A DNA stretch of 64,000 bases, from positions 5,638,587 through 5,702,586 of the forward strand of contig CM120648.1 of assembly GCA_051362555.1 (NCBI GenBank), in the 5' to 3' direction. Below the pieces are notes generated by a model that saw only the letters and a program-made list of their open reading frames with translations, was not told the origin of the DNA and ran no database searches. Made by a program: the position numbers and the translations under genes. Positions 60,305 through 64,000 of the stretch are shown one piece after another. Origin of the DNA: Lingula anatina (lineage: Eukaryota; Animalia; Brachiopoda). Numbering within the stretch: position 1 is the stretch's first letter; each line of letters begins with the position of its first letter.

Positions 60305-61906
60305 TTTGTACTCTCTTTGCTCTCTTTTTGTACTCTCTTTTTATGATACGACACAAATAATTTTTTTAAACTTTTCCATAGGTTAATGTTCGACTTAAAT
60401 GGGGACACATACTACGTAGTCAACGCTGTGGCATTATTCATAAGTGTGTTTTGCTTTTAAATTTATAGTGCACTTTAATACAATTATAAAAAATATCACA
60501 TGAGGTGAAATGTCCCGTTTTATACCTCGCATTTTTGTGCAACATAATAAGCTGTTGCGTACCATATGGCACACCCTGTATAGAAAGTATTCATACAGGG
60601 TGTATCTTTAGGTTAATACCTCCCATTAAACTTACCTTAATGTGCTTACCGCATTTAGGCGTTTTGGGTTTTAAATAAATACCACCTGAGGGTGTGAGGA
60701 GTTTGCATCAATAGTCAAAACAAGGTAGCAAAAGGGGGCACAATATTGTGGCCATATTAATAAGTTCATTTCAACCGTCAGTTTGGGGTATTTTATATCA
60801 CACCTCAGATATATTTCATCTATAATATCACTTTCTCTTCAATTTAATGTGAAAGGGAAAAAATAGTTCCTTGTTATCAGCAAAATGTTTTTGTATTGTA
60901 TGTCAAAATTACTTTCCTAAATTAAATGCGTAAACCTCAATGACTTACACTGTTTAAGTATATGTCAAAATATAAAATGGTCTAAATTGGCTCCATTTAA
61001 CCTTAAGGTTCATTCTTGTTTAAGATTAATTTACTGATAGAATTGCGTGAGTTAATGCCGTAAAAGTATCTGGTAAATACGGTGGCCTTCTAAGGTGAAA
61101 ATAAGGACATTTTGTTAAAAATAACAGAACAAGAAAATAAATTAAAATTTTCCCAGGATTGAATAGCTGACTTTGTTTCGTTTATAAGATGAGAGTGGCT
61201 GGTAATTGCCTTTTTTCGGTCCGTCTTGTTCTATGCGTCACTGAAGACCAACTGTCATGTGGATTCGCCATTTGTTTATGAAAACGGAAATTGTTTTGAA
61301 TGAAGGCATAGTTCTTTCAATCTCCATAAAAGACAATTTTCAAAGTAAGTCCGTGGACAATACAACTTTCGAGCAAAAACTCAAATTGTGACGCTTCAAA
61401 GGTAAATGAGATTCTCGGAACTTATGAGAGGATTTATGGTGAGAGAAAATGCGCCATACCTTAAAGTATTCTTCAACCCGGGACACTTTGAAACATAAGA
61501 TACATGCTACCTTGAATGTCGATTTCGTCCCTTTTGAAACGCGGGGAGGGATGAGGTGGGTGTGGGTGGTTTTTGGGTAAGGCACCACAGGGAAAGGAGC
61601 CTTTATTCATTTCTGAAACTTGATATGACTGAAATTATTATCGATCTTTTCTAAAATGAATAACAAAAACGTACGCAAGACAGCACGTGGGCAATCAATA
61701 GACGGAAGCACGGCAATGAACTTTGTTTTTCATATTGATTGAAGGTATTAGAAAATGTTGGGATAGCGAGCCGGGTTGTAAGTACTTTTGGCAGATTTGT
61801 AAGGAGAAAAGTTGTCAGAAATGTGACAATATTGCAAACGGTCAAAATCAGAAAAAAATGGTGTAGTAAACTCCGTTTTCTAGGTCAATGAAAATAGTAT
61901 GTTTGC

Positions 61907-61953
<47 letters not shown>

Positions 61954-64000
61954 TTGAGCACAATACTGTCTTCATATTCATAGGCTCTCTAAATACTACA
62001 CGTACATGTAGCATCTTTTTCACTTGAAGTGTTATCAATGCAGTTTATCCGCCATTAATGGTCAACTTGATGTCATCCGTGTAACATCTATCAGCGGAAT
62101 AACTAGTGATTATGACATTCAGCTAGTGACACGTATAGTATTTTAATGATACTTGAAATGCGTACTTTAAGCATCACCCTGATATCAGGGTACCTTTGCA
62201 CGGTTCACACACATGTACCCTAGAAGTACATGTATCTTCGTTCACTGTAAAAAGAACATTTCGAAACACAGTGCCGTGGATAAATTATTTGTAAGTTTGT
62301 TCATTGTGAAGCTAGCTGTGACCCATGGGAAAAAGAAGCAAGGTGGAAATCAGCATTGGCAGTTCTTCCTATCGACAACAAATTCCATTTAATGGCTAAA
62401 TACTTCATATTTCAACTTATTCCCCCAACGACCTCAACACATGAAAGCAAACTAAATCAAACGGTCGTTTCAAAAAGCGTGGAATATGCGTTAATGGCAA
62501 GAGAGTATGGCTTTGAAAACGGATCAAATTCAGTTAAATTGGTTCTTCATTGTCTCTTGTATAAGGACACGTGGTTTTTAAATCATCCTTAAGAAAGGTA
62601 ATCGTTTGTAAAAGACTAAACGTGTTTCAACTACGAGGCATTGCGTTTCGGCACTTCATCAAATGGCCTTGGTCACAGAAGGACAAAGCCCTTTGATTAA
62701 GGGTAGAAAAGTTACGCCTCGTAGGTATAAAAAAACGTGTTTGTTCTCTATATAAACGACTTACCGTTTTACCATAAGTCAAATCATCCTTTGTACAATG
62801 TAATATAAGAAAGCGCAAAATCCCCTAGAGAAAGTGATTTATTTTAGGAATTTATTGTACCCTTTATATGCAGACCCAAATTATACCACGGAAATAAAAC
62901 ATTACCATGGAAACGGGCGAAAATCGAAATACAAAATGGTGGATTTTGTAGGTTTATTGTACTCCTGATCACAAAATGGGAAGATATTTTTACTAAAATA
63001 ATCACCATAAGCGATGTTTTAGATAATTTTGTCAGTCATCTTAAGAACTAATTCAGAATTTGCGGCCGCCAATTTCGGCCTTTGCCGCTCGCCCAATAAG
63101 ACATCTGAGTTTCAGGATATAAAGGATATAAAATCAACCAACTGTGAACACCATATGATAACGTAGTCATCCGACTTGTAGTTTAATCTTAATAGGATTG
63201 TAATTGCAAATGAACAAGTTTATTTCAAACCATTAAGATTCAACGGTGGATATGTCAACCAAAACGCGTGCCCTAGTGACTCAATACTTGTGGTTGAACG
63301 TACACAGGAAACATTATTGTAGAAATTCACCTTTTTAAGTATATTTGAAGTTAATGGATAAAGAGGACGATAATGAAGAAATAAGCCTCACATCATACTA
63401 ACCCTTAACACCATACTAACCACAACCTTATATACCTGTACCATGTCCTTAAATTTCATTTAAAGGCAATACCTCTTGAGCTGTAAAAATAGGATGCAAA
63501 TGAACTGGCATTAAGGCTGATGCTTAATCAAAATGACATTGTCCAAAATACGCTTTGTCAACATTAGGTAATTGACATTTTGTTGGATGATGGCCCTCTT
63601 TCCGGTAGTGTTTTCGTAAACTAAAAAAATGAACATTTTGAACAATCTACCAGGGTGTATCTTGATTAATAAAAAATAAGGACAATCCTTCAATAAATTT
63701 GGGATTGTCAACCAACTGATTTCAAACCGACGATTACAACATTCCAGGTCTGTTAGACAGCCGAATTAGTCATAATATTAGAAGAGACAGTTAATGTAAA
63801 TCAAAGACAATTTATGTCCGAAGCTTTGGAATGTGGACCCCTTGCAGAGAGCGGATGGCGCAGTTATACTTGACAAAAGGGACTGAGGTCAATTTGAGGG
63901 TACGCGTAGAACAACTCCATTACATTTCTTTCAGGCCATAGATTTATACATAGCATCAGATAGTACACTGTACAAAAATGATGAAGAATTGTATTATATA

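Noticed and set aside
58900-64000. Tyrosinase CuA exon or a nested gene
   Set aside because: No FLPWHR-like motif or credible ORF found by eye; treated as intron.

Overview
AT-rich, intron-containing animal DNA, probably a lophotrochozoan invertebrate such as a mollusc (inferred from gene content, microsatellites and MITEs; not provable here). Left to right: (1) a spliced minus-strand gene for an unknown 234-aa secreted precursor with two exon-encoded homologous Cys-containing domains and an acidic tail; (2) a CLIC-family gene with an uninterrupted CDS; (3) four paralogous type II membrane, DDD-motif glycosyltransferase-like genes (-,+,+,-), with an initiator tRNA-Met gene between the divergent pair; (4) a 10-exon ILKAP (PP2C) gene; (5) a convergent LRR/LRRcap gene ending in a CaaX box; (6) the last three exons of a tyrosinase-like gene whose 5' part is apparently outside the window. 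Most notable: in the four-gene cluster a 185-nt core is almost nucleotide-identical even in the most diverged copy, and that copy alone has an intron hiding a C-terminal exon missed by the ORF track. All exon models and alignments were read by eye; no database searches were run.
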